DNA of 64,000 nucleotides from Mobula hypostoma. Its lineage: Eukaryota. Under the pieces are notes generated by a model, which saw nothing but the letters and a program-made list of their open reading frames with translations, had not been told where the DNA came from and ran no database searches. Within the stretch, counting starts at the first letter, position 1. Each line of letters starts with the position of its first letter. Below, one piece after another: positions 63,846 to 64,000 of the stretch. Made by a program: the position numbers and the translations under genes. The DNA is taken from positions 242,422,001 through 242,486,000 of the forward strand of contig NC_086097.1 in the NCBI RefSeq assembly GCF_963921235.1, read 5' to 3'.

Positions 63846-64000
63846 ATAAATTGTTGTAAGCTATCACTGCAAACAATGAAGCGGCGAGTGAGGGCAAAGT
63901 GAATTCACAAGATGTGCCCTGCTGGTGCGCTGCAAGATCGATGCATTTGGATCTGTGCTGGTCGGAGTGGAGCTAGCAGGACAGAGGAGTTCCGATCCCC

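Noticed and set aside
1364..63897. Hundreds of 60-190-aa ORFs in the track as novel genes
   Set aside because: They are antisense or off-frame readings of TEs (e.g. recurrent KCWRNSAGQAAS, DAAWPAAFTSNFDV from Penelope tails) or low-complexity sequence, with no splice or homology support.
1..64000. CRISPR array, operon or prokaryotic defence system
   Set aside because: No regularly spaced repeats or bacterial gene organisation; the sequence is vertebrate intronic/intergenic.

Overview
Eukaryotic, repeat-dense DNA; no prokaryotic features or CRISPR arrays. The repeat families (CR1, Rex1/Babar-like, V-SINE-like, Penelope-like) suggest a cartilaginous fish, probably a ray (inference). The only host gene I can support is MED30 on the + strand, which the ORF track misses: its penultimate coding exon is at 13558-13668 and its last coding exon at 43167-43262, separated by a ~29.5-kb intron. 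Nearly all ORFs in the track are decayed transposon fragments: CR1, Rex1-like, L1, RTE, Penelope GIY-YIG, three Tc1 copies, hAT, PIF/Harbinger, a Tigger/MER2-like element and an internally deleted Gypsy element. Many are nested, with visible target-site duplications (TSDs). The most interesting layer is non-coding RNA structure. (i) A ~580-bp non-coding retroposon family (3 copies) starts exactly at G1 of a hand-folded HDV-like ribozyme with a large J1/2 domain, no P4 and an unusual hairpin inserted in L3; other RTE-like families show similar 5' folds. (ii) Several Penelope-like 3' ends carry minimal type-I hammerhead motifs, including two short TSD-flanked palindromic insertions. All ribozyme calls are manual folds and untested. 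Boundaries without TSD/TIR support are approximate.
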